Under the pieces are notes generated by a model. It was not told the origin of the DNA. It did not search any database and saw only the letters and a program-made list of their open reading frames with translations. A stretch of 64,000 bases of DNA, taken from positions 24,212 through 88,211 of the forward strand of contig JAXDQU010000008.1 of the NCBI GenBank assembly GCA_034667685.1, read 5' to 3'. Positions 9,757 to 18,755 of this stretch are shown in pieces. A program made the translations under genes and the position numbers. Numbering within the stretch: the first letter of the stretch is position 1; the number at the start of each line of letters is the position of its first letter. This DNA is from Thermoplasmata archaeon (lineage in GTDB: Archaea; Thermoplasmatota; SW-10-69-26; JACQPN01; JAJPHT01).

Positions 9757-9827
9757 GCTCGGGGCTCTGGACTCAGGACTCCGGGCTCCGGAGCCCTGAG
9801 CCTGGAGTCCAGAGCCCCGAGCCCTCG
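9757..9827. repeat. intergenic palindromic repeat, family A copy 2
   Basis: GGCTCGGGGCTCTGGACTCAGGACTCCGGGCTCCGGAGCCCTGAGCCTGGAGTCCAGAGCCCCGAGCCC. Confidence 0.8.
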
Positions 9828-9835
9828 ATAGGTTC

Positions 9836-11200
9836 ATGGCGGCGCCCCACTTCGGCAGCAGCATGGCGCGCGACGACGAGGAGGCGACCTTCGACGACCT
9901 GCCGCTCTCCGAGCGCGCGCGGGAGGCGGTGCACCGGCTGGGCTGGCGCGCGCCCACGCCGATCCAACGACTCGCCGTGCCGCAGCTCGCGATGGGGCGC
10001 GACGTCATCGGGCGCGCGCAGACCGGCAGCGGCAAGACCGCCGCGTTCGGCCTCGTGCTCACCGACCAGGTGAAGGCGCCCGGCGTCCAGGCGCTCGTGC
10101 TGGCGCCCACGCGCGAGCTGGTCGTGCAGATCGCGCGCGACCTCAACGCGCTCGCGGAAGGCGCGCCGTTCCGCGCGGTGCCCGTCTACGGCGGCGTGCC
10201 CTACGACGAGCAGATCGCCGCGCTCGCCGACCCGGCGACGACGTGCATCGTCGCGACGACCGGACGGCTCCTCGACCTCCTCGCGCGCCGCCAGGTCCTC
10301 CTCGACCAGGTGCGCTTCGTCGTGCTCGACGAGGCCGACCGCATGCTGGACCTCGGCTTCCTCCCCGAAGTCGAGCGCGTCCTCAAACTCATCCCCGGCG
10401 GGCGGCAGACCGCGCTGTTCACGGCGACGATGCCCAGGAAGGTCGCGCTCCTCGCGCACCAGTACATGGCCCACCCGCGCGAGGTCGAGGTCGGCCCCCA
10501 AACGCCGCTCACCGCGGAGCACTACCGCGTGGACGTCGCGAGCACGCACCGCCACGCCGCGCTCGCCGCGCTCCTCGCCAAGGAGAAGCCCGCCCGCTGC
10601 CTCGTCTTCGTCCGCACGCGCGAAGGCGCCGCCAAGCTCGCGCGCGAGCTGGTCGAACAAGGCGTCCTCGCCACGCCGCTCCACGGCGACCTCACGCAGC
10701 CCCAGCGCGAGCGCGTCGTCGCGTCGCTGCGCGAGGGCCGCACCGCGCTCGTCGTCGCCACCGACGTCGCCGCGCGCGGCCTCGACTTCCCCGCCATCTC
10801 GCACGTCGTCAACTTCGAGGTGCCCGAGGAGGCCGACCAGTACGTCCACCGCGCCGGCAGGACCGCGCGCGCCGGCCGCGAAGGGCGCGTCTTCACGCTC
10901 GTCACCGAGAACGACGGGCGCGCCCTCGAAGCCGTCCAGCGCGCCGCCAAGGTCGCGCTCCAGCCCTACGCGCTATCATTCTTGAGCGCGCAGGGCGACG
11001 TCGTGGACACCGCGACGACGCCGCTGACGCCCCCCAAGATGGAGATGCCCGGCGGCAACGCCCGCGGCGCGCGCCGCCGCGCCAAGCCCACGCCGCCCAA
11101 CCCGCTCAGCAAGCTCGTCGAGGAGCCCGAGCCGGAGCCCGAAGCGAAGGGACCGGAGAACGACCTTCCCCCCTCGCGGCGCGAGCGACGACGGACGTGA
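9836..11200 (+). CDS. DEAD-box ATP-dependent RNA helicase
   Basis: Q-motif, Walker A AQTGSGKT, DEAD box VLDEADRM, SAT-like and HRAGRTAR motifs; basic C-terminal tail. Confidence 0.9.
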   Translation: MAAPHFGSSMARDDEEATFDDLPLSERAREAVHRLGWRAPTPIQRLAVPQLAMGRDVIGRAQTGSGKTAAFGLVLTDQVKAPGVQALVLAPTRELVVQIARDLNALAEGAPFRAVPVYGGVPYDEQIAALADPATTCIVATTGRLLDLLARRQVLLDQVRFVVLDEADRMLDLGFLPEVERVLKLIPGGRQTALFTATMPRKVALLAHQYMAHPREVEVGPQTPLTAEHYRVDVASTHRHAALAALLAKEKPARCLVFVRTREGAAKLARELVEQGVLATPLHGDLTQPQRERVVASLREGRTALVVATDVAARGLDFPAISHVVNFEVPEEADQYVHRAGRTARAGREGRVFTLVTENDGRALEAVQRAAKVALQPYALSFLSAQGDVVDTATTPLTPPKMEMPGGNARGARRRAKPTPPNPLSKLVEEPEPEPEAKGPENDLPPSRRERRRT

Positions 11201-11349
11201 AACGTTCGCGTGAAACGTGGGACAGGATCGACGGCTGCTGCAGGATTCCCTACCGGCCCTCGTGCGGTTGCCTGTGGTAACTGTTCTTGTCACGAGTTTG
11301 CTCCGCAATCCATTTCCTCCAATGGTTGTTAGGTCGGGTCCGTTCACCC

Positions 11350-12486
11350 ATGACACGACGTAGTCTGCCATTCGCCCTTGCCCTCGTGGCGTTCCTCTCG
11401 GCAGCAGACCTTTGCCCCATCGCGGTTGCTGAGGATATCTGTGCCGATGTGTTCCACGGCCCCTGCCCCCGCGTCGCGATCCCCGTCGTCATCCCTGTTG
11501 GTATCCCCGTTGGCATCCCCATTGTTACCCTTGACTATGGAAGCCCGGGTACCTGGTGTGGCGCAGCCGAGGAAACCTATCCGGCCGGAGCCGTTTCGGG
11601 CCCTGCTTACGAATCCGACTGGTACTCGCACACGGCTGTCGTCGCTACGACCTATGCCCTGAGCGCGAGTGGCCACGGGGGCTTCACTGTCTACAGCGAC
11701 GATTGCGGGAGCTGGCTTTGCTCGGGGTCTGATTCGTCACCGTGTACGGTCGAGGGCACCGGCAAGTTCTACATCAATGTCTTTGCATCCAACGCCTACA
11801 CGCTCGCGTTCGCCCCATCTGCGCCCGTAGGGTGCCTGCAGGCCGCGGATGTGACCACGCTTAACGCCTGCGGCGTCGGTCCAGCTTGCCCTTCAGGTCT
11901 AACAAGTCCTCCCGGGCCAGGCCAAGTTGGAGTCGTTTGCGGGCTTCCCGTGCCGCGTCCCGGAACGCCCGCCGGCGTGGCTTCGTGCGCGACGTACAAC
12001 GCGAACTTCAATTCCCCCTATCCGGGGCAAAACCAGGGGGTCGTGATCGAGTTCGATCCGCCTGGACCGGAGGGAGACGTGGCCTTCTGCGCGGGCACCC
12101 TCACGGGCGCGCCTTGTGCGCCCGGTCAACCTGGCGTCATGCTCAACAACGATCCCATCTGTGCGCCCGGGTGCTCCCAAGGGGTAAGCCCCCAGACGGT
12201 GAGCGCTTGCGGTTTCGGACCCTTCTGCCCATCGGGTGTTACAAGCCCGGCCGGGCCGGGACAAGCCCTTGTGATCTGTGGGCAAGGTGTCTCGGCGTGT
12301 AGCCTGACCGGGGCGGGTCCCGGCGCAGGTTGGGGCGTGGGCGCCAACGACGCCTGCATTGGCCTCCCGTGGGCAGCCCAAGGAGCGGCCTCACCTTGTC
12401 CGGCGACCGCGACGCTCAACTTGCGCATCTACTGGGGGACGACGCCCGCGTTCGCGCCGGGCAGCTACTTCGACGTCTGCTTCTGA
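11350..12486 (+). CDS. secreted cysteine-rich repeat protein (hypothetical)
   Basis: signal peptide MTRRSLPFALALVAFLSA; repeated ACGxGPxCPSGxTSPxGPGQ modules; 30+ Cys. Confidence 0.6.
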   Translation: MTRRSLPFALALVAFLSAADLCPIAVAEDICADVFHGPCPRVAIPVVIPVGIPVGIPIVTLDYGSPGTWCGAAEETYPAGAVSGPAYESDWYSHTAVVATTYALSASGHGGFTVYSDDCGSWLCSGSDSSPCTVEGTGKFYINVFASNAYTLAFAPSAPVGCLQAADVTTLNACGVGPACPSGLTSPPGPGQVGVVCGLPVPRPGTPAGVASCATYNANFNSPYPGQNQGVVIEFDPPGPEGDVAFCAGTLTGAPCAPGQPGVMLNNDPICAPGCSQGVSPQTVSACGFGPFCPSGVTSPAGPGQALVICGQGVSACSLTGAGPGAGWGVGANDACIGLPWAAQGAASPCPATATLNLRIYWGTTPAFAPGSYFDVCF

Positions 12487-12509
12487 CGCGGGCGCGGCGC
12501 CGGGCCCGT

Positions 12510-14207
12510 TCAGCTCGGACAAAACCCAAGCCCGTCGTCGTAGCAGTCGACGTCGCGCAATTGATAGCTGTCGCCCGGCGCGGCGCCCAGGGGGTTGCCG
12601 TCGGTGTAGCGCGGCATGTCGTCGTGGCCGCCGAGGTCCTTCCACCAGAGGGCGGGGTCGCAGGTCCAGCCGTGGTCGTTGGGCGCGCCGGCGCCGACGC
12701 TGCCTTCGCAGGCTTCCGCGCCGTAGGTGCCCGCGCCGTTGGGAAGCTGGTAGCCGGGCATGTCGATGGCGGCGTAGAAGCTGAACCACGTGGAGCCGGT
12801 GAGCGTGAGGTCGCGCCGGAGGAGCGGCGGGTTGACGACGGGCGCGTGGAGGCTCGTCCAGATGGGGCCGCCGTACTGGTTGCGCAGGTAGGGCGTGCCG
12901 AAGTCGCTGGGGAAGCGGCCGCTCTCCAGGATCGGGTCGACGCTCGGGTCGAGGCCGCGGTAGCCCTCGTCGAACTGGAAGACGACGTCGTTGGTCGCGC
13001 GGTCGCCGCCGCCGAAGCCGACCTGGCCCTCGACGTCGCGGCCCACGTAGAAGCTGGAGGCGGGGCTCGCGGTGCTCGCGTCGCAGTCGCCGTGGGGGCC
13101 GTCGAGCGCGTACTCCGCCGCGTCCCAGTACGATCCGCGCGCGTCGTGGACCTGCGGCGAGGGCTCGGGGGCCCAGACGAGCTGGCCCTGCGCGTTGCCC
13201 GGCGCGGGGCGCCAGTCGCCGTTGCCATCGAAGACCTCGGTGGGTCCCACGACCGGTGTCGGCTGCGGGCCGGAGAGCTCGCCGCCGCTGGGGTCCTGGA
13301 GGGTGGTCGACTCGATGGCGCCGCCGGTGGGGTCGCCCACGCCCAACGCGGTCGGGCGCGAGCAGTCCCAGAGCGTGGCGGCGGGGTCGCCCGAGCCCTC
13401 CTGCGCGAGGCCGGCCTGGCCGCTGACGGGGTCGCCGAAGGCCGTGACGAGGAAGGCAGCGTCCAGCGTGGGGCCCGCTTCGGGCGCGAGGGCGTCGAGC
13501 GTGGCGCGGGCGTCGCCGCCGTCCTCGCAGTCGACGACGCGCAGCAGGCCGCCCACGCTCGAGGTCGCGCCGCGCGGGAGCGGAGCGGCGGGGCAGTTGG
13601 CGGGGGGCGCGTCGGCGGGCGCGCCGAAGTCGCCCCAGATGCGCACGCCCTGCGCGTAGAGCGCGACCGGGTCGCCGTAGTAGGCGTGGTCGCCCGGCGT
13701 GGGCGCCAGCGTCGCGCCCAACGAGGACTGCGCGGGGCACGTCGCGGCGTCGTACTGGTACTCGCACGGGTCGACGCTGCCGATCATGAGCAGCTCGGTG
13801 GCCCACTGGCCGTCGTTGTGCGGGCCGCCGATGGGGCACGCGACGTGGTCCGTCACGAGCTGCGCGGGGTAGTCCATGAGCGCGCCCTCGGCGGTGCCCA
13901 CGTAGCCGTCGCCGTTGCAGTCGACCCACGCGCCCAGCAGCGCGTTGAACGAGTCCGGGCCGGGCGCCACGAGGCGCGTGCCCAGCGTCGCGCTGTTGGG
14001 GTTGACGACCGTGCCGTCGAGCGAGGGGAACGCGTCGAAGTAAAGGCGCATCGTCGCGCCCGCGGGCGGCGCGGTCTGCCACATCGGGCCGGTGCGGTCC
14101 TGCGGCGTGCTCGGCTCGGCGCTGCCCGGGCCCCCGCCCCAGCCGAATGCGGCTGGCGAGAGGGACGCGAGCGCGAGGAGCAGGACGGCGACGCGGGAGG
14201 CGCGCAT
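12510..14207 (-). CDS. secreted hypothetical protein
   Basis: signal peptide MRASRVAVLLLALASLSPAAFG; Gly/Asp/Pro-rich extracellular-type composition. Confidence 0.6.
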   Translation of the reverse strand: MRASRVAVLLLALASLSPAAFGWGGGPGSAEPSTPQDRTGPMWQTAPPAGATMRLYFDAFPSLDGTVVNPNSATLGTRLVAPGPDSFNALLGAWVDCNGDGYVGTAEGALMDYPAQLVTDHVACPIGGPHNDGQWATELLMIGSVDPCEYQYDAATCPAQSSLGATLAPTPGDHAYYGDPVALYAQGVRIWGDFGAPADAPPANCPAAPLPRGATSSVGGLLRVVDCEDGGDARATLDALAPEAGPTLDAAFLVTAFGDPVSGQAGLAQEGSGDPAATLWDCSRPTALGVGDPTGGAIESTTLQDPSGGELSGPQPTPVVGPTEVFDGNGDWRPAPGNAQGQLVWAPEPSPQVHDARGSYWDAAEYALDGPHGDCDASTASPASSFYVGRDVEGQVGFGGGDRATNDVVFQFDEGYRGLDPSVDPILESGRFPSDFGTPYLRNQYGGPIWTSLHAPVVNPPLLRRDLTLTGSTWFSFYAAIDMPGYQLPNGAGTYGAEACEGSVGAGAPNDHGWTCDPALWWKDLGGHDDMPRYTDGNPLGAAPGDSYQLRDVDCYDDGLGFCPS

Positions 14208-14371
14208 GGTCTCGGCCGCGCGAGCCGACTGGGGGACTTGAGCTTGCTGGTGAAGATGGCTCCGCGAGCGCCGCGGATGCGCGGAGTTGCGGAACGGGCC
14301 TCGTTGCCGCCGGCTCGGTTCGGCAGAGCCTTCTAGCGAAGCCGACTCAACACGAATCGGATGGATGCACC

Positions 14372-14641
14372 ATGATGACGGCACGTTTCGAGAAGCGCGA
14401 TTTCAAGAGGATCTTCCTCTACCTGGACATCCTCGTCATGGGGATCTTCGCCGTGAGCCTCGTGGTGCTCGTGCGCGACGCCTACGTGGCCGGGTTCTAC
14501 GAGCAGCGCGTCGACACCCTCTACAGCCTGAACTTCTGGGCGATGCTCCGCGACGCGGTCTTCGTCGTGGGCAGCCTCGCGTGGATGTTCTTCCGCTACT
14601 TCCGCACGCAGGTCGCCGCGTTCCAGGACCCCTGGAGCTGA
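14372..14641 (+). CDS. small membrane protein (hypothetical)
   Basis: ATG start; two predicted TM helices (ILVMGIFAVSLVVLV; AVFVVGSLAWMFF). Confidence 0.5.
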   Translation: MMTARFEKRDFKRIFLYLDILVMGIFAVSLVVLVRDAYVAGFYEQRVDTLYSLNFWAMLRDAVFVVGSLAWMFFRYFRTQVAAFQDPWS

Positions 14642-14809
14642 GCCCGCCCTTTTCTGGCGCCGCCACGTCGACCTACGGTGGACGGCGCCCAGGTCCTTCT
14701 CTTCGCCCGCTGGGCCACGCTCGGCTCCGCGCGTGCCCGGGCTCGGGGGAAAGGCGCGTCTGAAAAGAAGGAAGACGGGGGGCGGCGGGCGCCGCGCCCC
14801 GCGGGAAGC

Positions 14810-15274
14810 TCATCCCGAGATCGAGGGCAGGGCGTACATGACGTAGGCGCTGAGGTCCTTCGCGTTCAGGCCGAGCGACCCGTTGAGCCAGTCGCCGCAC
14901 GTGAACAGCACGCTCTGGGAGCTGCCGTCGTGGTACGGCTTGACCCAGCCCTGGTCGTCGGTGGGGTCGCCGTTGCCGAGCGTGCACTTCACGCCGCAGT
15001 TGTCCCTGCTCCCGGACACCTCGTCGACCGAGAACGAGGTCTGCTTGCCGTTCCAGTCGAAGCTTCCGATGACGTGGTCGTCGCACGCGTTGCCGCCGCA
15101 GCCATCCACCCAGTCGCCCTTCGCGCTCTTGGGATCGTCGGTGGACGAGAACCACACCTGGCCCGTCCCCGGGCCGAACGACTCGCTGTGGCACGAGCTG
15201 CCGGCAGCGGCGGTGGGAAACGGCAGGAGGCTGAGCAGCGCGAAGGCCGCCATCACGATTCGCATCTTCATCAT
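14810..15274 (-). CDS. secreted cysteine-containing hypothetical protein
   Basis: signal peptide MMKMRIVMAAFALLSLLPFPTAAAG; Cys/Gly/Asp-rich mature region. Confidence 0.55.
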   Translation of the reverse strand: MMKMRIVMAAFALLSLLPFPTAAAGSSCHSESFGPGTGQVWFSSTDDPKSAKGDWVDGCGGNACDDHVIGSFDWNGKQTSFSVDEVSGSRDNCGVKCTLGNGDPTDDQGWVKPYHDGSSQSVLFTCGDWLNGSLGLNAKDLSAYVMYALPSISG

Positions 15275-15506
15275 GGGTCTCACGTCGCCGCGCGAGGCGG
15301 CAACCCGTCCACGCCCCCGGCGCCGATACGTCGTGGCTCCCCGCGCGAGGATGGGAAGACCCGTGCGTCCGCGTGACGGGTCCACGTGAGCCTTGCGGCG
15401 CGGCGAGGAACGCCGCCCGCCCCTGGCCCCCTGGCCCGAAGCCATGAAATAGGGGGTCCACGTTGTTCGCGTCGCCCCCGGGCACGCCCGGAGGTCGGCG
15501 CAAGCC

Positions 15507-15579
15507 GGGCGCTTAGATCAGCTGGTAGATCGCGTCCTTCGCAAGGACGAGGCCGGGGGTTCAAATCCCCCAGCGTCCA
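15507..15579 (+). tRNA. tRNA-Ala (anticodon CGC)
   Basis: cloverleaf GGGCGCT..AGCGTCCA with G3:U70 identity pair; anticodon loop TTCGCAA; T-loop GGGGGTTCAAATCCCCC; CCA not encoded; oligo-T after the 3' end. Confidence 0.85.
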
Positions 15580-15660
15580 CTTTTCGAGACGCCGTCACCC
15601 CCGCGGGTGAGGCGAGCATCTTCATGGCGCGAGGCGCATGCCCGGCGCGAGGCTTCCCCC

Positions 15661-15948
15661 ATGCGCAGCATCCTTCTCGTCGCGGCCGCCCTCGCCGTGA
15701 CGCTCGTCGCCCTGCCCGGCCACGCCGGCACGGCCCCCTGCTACACGACCTCCGAGCCGACCCAGGCGTTCGCGGTCAACGGCCAGCTCTACTATGCCGT
15801 CGTCGACCAGCACGGCGCGCCCGACCTCTACGTTTACCAGGAGACGAACGGGATCGACGGCCTCCAGCGCCACGACGACCGCGTGGACGACCTGGGCAGC
15901 TGCCGCGACGGCACGCCCGGCGACACGTGGGCCTTCTCCCTCGTCTGA
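15661..15948 (+). CDS. small secreted hypothetical protein
   Basis: signal peptide MRSILLVAAALAVTLVALPGHAG; lies between the two tRNAs. Confidence 0.5.
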   Translation: MRSILLVAAALAVTLVALPGHAGTAPCYTTSEPTQAFAVNGQLYYAVVDQHGAPDLYVYQETNGIDGLQRHDDRVDDLGSCRDGTPGDTWAFSLV

Positions 15949-15989
15949 GGAAAGGATCATAGCCGGGAGCATGGCTCCCCGCGCGCCAC

Positions 15990-16063
15990 GGGCGCGTAGG
16001 CTAGCTTGGATAGACTTCGGGCCTCCGGAGCCTGAGACTTGGGTTCGAATCCCAACGCGTCCG
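15990..16063 (+). tRNA. tRNA, probably Arg (anticodon CCG)
   Basis: acceptor GGGCGCG/CGCGTCC with G3:U70; anticodon stem CGGGC/GCCTG with loop CTCCGGA; T-arm TTGGG TTCGAAT CCCAA; D-arm slightly irregular. Confidence 0.6.
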
Positions 16064-16294
16064 CTTCTCGCTTCGCTCGAAGCGTCCACGTCGTCTCGGC
16101 ACCGAGACGGCTCGCTTCGCTCGCCTCGTGCGACGACGTGCCTGCAGGCACTCCGTCGCACGCTCGGCGCCGATCCCAACGCGTCCGCTCACCCTTCTTC
16201 TCGTCTCGGCCGATGCCTTTCCCCGCGGCCGGGACAACCGAAGCTTGATATTCGAACATGGGGACACGAACACAGTTTCTGGAGGCTCGGAGAC

Positions 16295-17461
16295 TTGAGG
16301 TTCCCCATCGTCGCGACGCTCGTGGCGCTCAGCAGCGTCGCGGGCCTGGCTGCCGCGGCCGCGCCGCTCTCCTTTGACGTGACGCACGCGCTTCCCGCGC
16401 TGCCGGCGCTGCCCACGGCGCCTGCCGCGCCCGACCTGGCCGGGACCGTCGCGCCGCGCGTCGAAGCGCCGCTCCCCGCCGCCGGCCTCGCCATGGCCGC
16501 GCGTCCCGTGGCGCCCGAGGCGCCCAGCGCGCCCGTGCTTCCGGCCTCGGCCGACGTCCCGGTGCTCCTCCTTCCCGACGGCTTCGCGTTCCTGGCGCCC
16601 GGCGCGCCCGCGACCGCGGCCGGCGTCCGCCTCGGCGCCGCCGCGCTGCCCGCGGCGCCCCGCGCGAGCGCCCCCGACGCGCCCCTTGCGCCGTCCCTGC
16701 TATCAAACGCCGAGGCGCAGCGCCTTCCGCCGCGCGAGGCCGCGCCCGTGGCCGCCGCCGCGCCCGTCCCGGACGCGCAGACCGCCTCCTCCCACGTCTT
16801 CGTCGCCTCGCCCGGCACGGCGCGCGTCGCGCAGGCCGCCGCCGCGGGCGCCCTCGTCGCGCTCGCGGGCGTGGGCGCCCTCGCGCTCTACCACCGCATC
16901 CGGCCGCACGCCGCGCTGGAGAACGACACGCGCAAGCAGATCTTCGACGCCGTGTGCGGCAACCCCGGGCTGGGCGTGCACGCGATCGCGTCGCGCGCCG
17001 GCGTCTCGTACAGCACGACCACCTACCACCTGGAGCGCCTCGTGGCCGCGGGCATGATCGTGATGACGCCGGATGGCAACAAGCTCTGTTACTACAAGAA
17101 CGGCGGCGCGTTCACCGAGGCCGAGCGCAGGATCCTCCCGCTCGTGAAGAACGACGAGGCCGCGAAGCTCCTCGAGGCGATCCTCGACTCGCCCGGCACG
17201 TACCGCGCCGCGCTGGCCGAGCGCCTCGGCGTCACCGCCACCACGATCAACTGGCACCTGCGCCGCCTGCGCGAAGCCGGCCTCATCGACGAGGTCCGCC
17301 AGGGGCGCAACGCCTACCTCCACGTGCGCCTCGGCACGGTGCGCGAGAGCTTCCTCTCGCTGGCGGGCAAGGTCGACGCGACCGACGGCGCCGTGGCCGA
17401 GAGGCTGCGCCGCTTCGCCGCGTTCGACCTCCGTCCGTCGGGCCTCAGCTCGGGCGCGTGA
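16295..17461 (+). CDS. membrane-anchored tandem winged-helix (wHTH) DNA-binding protein
   Basis: TTG start; N-terminal hydrophobic/Ala-Pro-rich low-complexity region; TM segment GALVALAGVGALALY; two ArsR/TrmB-like wHTH modules (IFDAVCGNPGLGVHAIASRAGVSYSTTTYHLERL and LLEAILDSPGTYRAALAERLGVTATTINWHLRRL). Confidence 0.6.
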   Translation: MRFPIVATLVALSSVAGLAAAAAPLSFDVTHALPALPALPTAPAAPDLAGTVAPRVEAPLPAAGLAMAARPVAPEAPSAPVLPASADVPVLLLPDGFAFLAPGAPATAAGVRLGAAALPAAPRASAPDAPLAPSLLSNAEAQRLPPREAAPVAAAAPVPDAQTASSHVFVASPGTARVAQAAAAGALVALAGVGALALYHRIRPHAALENDTRKQIFDAVCGNPGLGVHAIASRAGVSYSTTTYHLERLVAAGMIVMTPDGNKLCYYKNGGAFTEAERRILPLVKNDEAAKLLEAILDSPGTYRAALAERLGVTATTINWHLRRLREAGLIDEVRQGRNAYLHVRLGTVRESFLSLAGKVDATDGAVAERLRRFAAFDLRPSGLSSGA

Positions 17462-17498
17462 AGCTCAGCGCAGCCACGCTGCCGCGCCATGCGTGGCC

Positions 17499-17834
17499 TC
17501 ACTTCCTTTTGCGATCGTCTTCGAGCATCGCTTCGAGCCGGTCGAGCATGCGCTCCCATTGGAGGCGCGTGGACTTGAGCCACCCCTCCGCGTCGTCGAA
17601 GGCGCGCGCTTCGAGCTTGCACTTGTGGACGCGCCCCTCGCGCCAGCGCCGCACCATGCCGGCCGCCTCCAGGACCGCGATGTGCTTCGAGACGGCCGGG
17701 AGCCCCATGTCGTGGGGCGCGGCCAGGTCGCCCACCGTCGCCTCCCCGCGCGCGAGGCGCTCGAGGATGGCCCGGCGCGTGGGGTCGGACAGAGCATGGA
17801 AGCGCACGTCGAGCGCGGCGGGCCTCGCCGCCAT
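17499..17834 (-). CDS. ArsR/SmtB-family transcriptional regulator
   Basis: HALSDPTRRAILERL and VGDLAAPHDMGLPAVSKHIAVLEAAGMV HTH signature. Confidence 0.8.
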   Translation of the reverse strand: MAARPAALDVRFHALSDPTRRAILERLARGEATVGDLAAPHDMGLPAVSKHIAVLEAAGMVRRWREGRVHKCKLEARAFDDAEGWLKSTRLQWERMLDRLEAMLEDDRKRK

Positions 17835-17835
17835 C

Positions 17836-18300
17836 TCACCCCTCCAGCGCGGCGGGCAGCCGCGCGAGGCAGCCCTCCCAGCCTTCGGCGTGCTGCTTCG
17901 TCGAGTCGGGGCCCGCGAAAAGCTCGTGGGTGAGGAGCATCTCGCAGCCGCCGCGGATCGGCGTGAGCTCGATGCGCACGATCGTCTCCTCCGGCGAGCC
18001 TTCCCATCGCCACGTGAACACCAGGAGGTCGGGCCGACGGAGCTGCGTGTACGTGCCGTGGAGCCGGTTGGGCGGCCCGGTGGGCGGCACCATGTCCACG
18101 CGGTAGCGGCCGCCCTCGCGCGCGTCGAGCTCGTGCACGACGGTGCGCCAGTCGTCCATCGGCGCGAACCAGCGCGCGAGGCGGGCGGGATCGGTGAACG
18201 CGTCGAAGACCTTCTCGGGCGGAACGGGCAGGCGGCGTTGCAGGAGCAGCGCCTCGGAGGGAGACTTCACCATCTGGTGAAGTAGCGCGCCATGCTTCAC
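17836..18300 (-). CDS. SRPBCC superfamily protein (AHSA1/Aha1-like)
   Basis: AHSA1-type START fold; typical ArsR+SRPBCC gene pair. Confidence 0.7.
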   Translation of the reverse strand: MKHGALLHQMVKSPSEALLLQRRLPVPPEKVFDAFTDPARLARWFAPMDDWRTVVHELDAREGGRYRVDMVPPTGPPNRLHGTYTQLRRPDLLVFTWRWEGSPEETIVRIELTPIRGGCEMLLTHELFAGPDSTKQHAEGWEGCLARLPAALEG

Positions 18301-18361
18301 CTTTTGGGAAAGTCTCGGCGGGGAGCAAACCTATTTCTCCGAGCCCCAGCCTGTGGGCGCC

Positions 18362-18730
18362 ATCCACCCCGCCTGGACGCGGGGCGAAAGGCACCGGCTA
18401 GGCTGGGGGGCCAGGCCTCCCCTGTCACCTGACACGGCCTTCATGCAGGAGCTGACACCCCGGGGCGGCGGCCCCAGGGCGGCCGGGAGCCCGGAACCGA
18501 CAATGAGACTTCGTCCCTCGTGGTCCGGGGCGCAAAGCACGCGCAAGCGGAAGCTTGCCGGGCGTGCCTTGCCACGGGAACCGGGTCAGGCGCGGAAGCG
18601 AGCAGCCTCACCGTGGACCAAGGACGTTCGTGGGGTCGCGGGGTCGAGAGAGTTCCGGGGTCACTCCCGTCCGTCGCTGACCGTCCACCCGGGAGGTCGA
18701 TGCCCGTCAAAACGCGTCCAAGCGGGGGGT
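18362..18730 (+). ncRNA. signal recognition particle RNA (7S/SRP RNA), boundaries approximate
   Basis: helix-8 motif GGUCAGGCGCGGAAGCGAGCAGCC at 18584-18607 matches the universal SRP RNA motif GGUCAGGUCCGGAAGGAAGCAGCC with compensatory changes and a GGAA tetraloop; 5' CCCCGCCUGGACGCG pairs with 3' CGCGUCCAAGCGGGG as terminal helix; followed by a hairpin CTGGGGGCTTTGCCCCCAG. Confidence 0.6.
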
Positions 18731-18755
18731 CTGGGGGCTTTGCCCCCAGCCCAGA

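Noticed and set aside
15990-16200. Integrated provirus or integrative plasmid at the tRNA gene
   Set aside because: Only about 120 bp separate the tRNA 3' end from its partial repeat and no integrase is nearby. It is at most a scar, and is reported as a low-level finding rather than a mobile-element feature.
18300-18360. RNase P RNA suggested by GGGAAAGTCTCGGCGG (resembles the P4 GGAAAGUCCGGGC motif)
   Set aside because: No matching 3' P4 strand (ACAGAAnCCGGCUUA-like) or other RNase P conserved regions were found. The adjacent sequence fits SRP RNA far better, so the segment is interpreted as promoter or 5'-flank of the SRP RNA.
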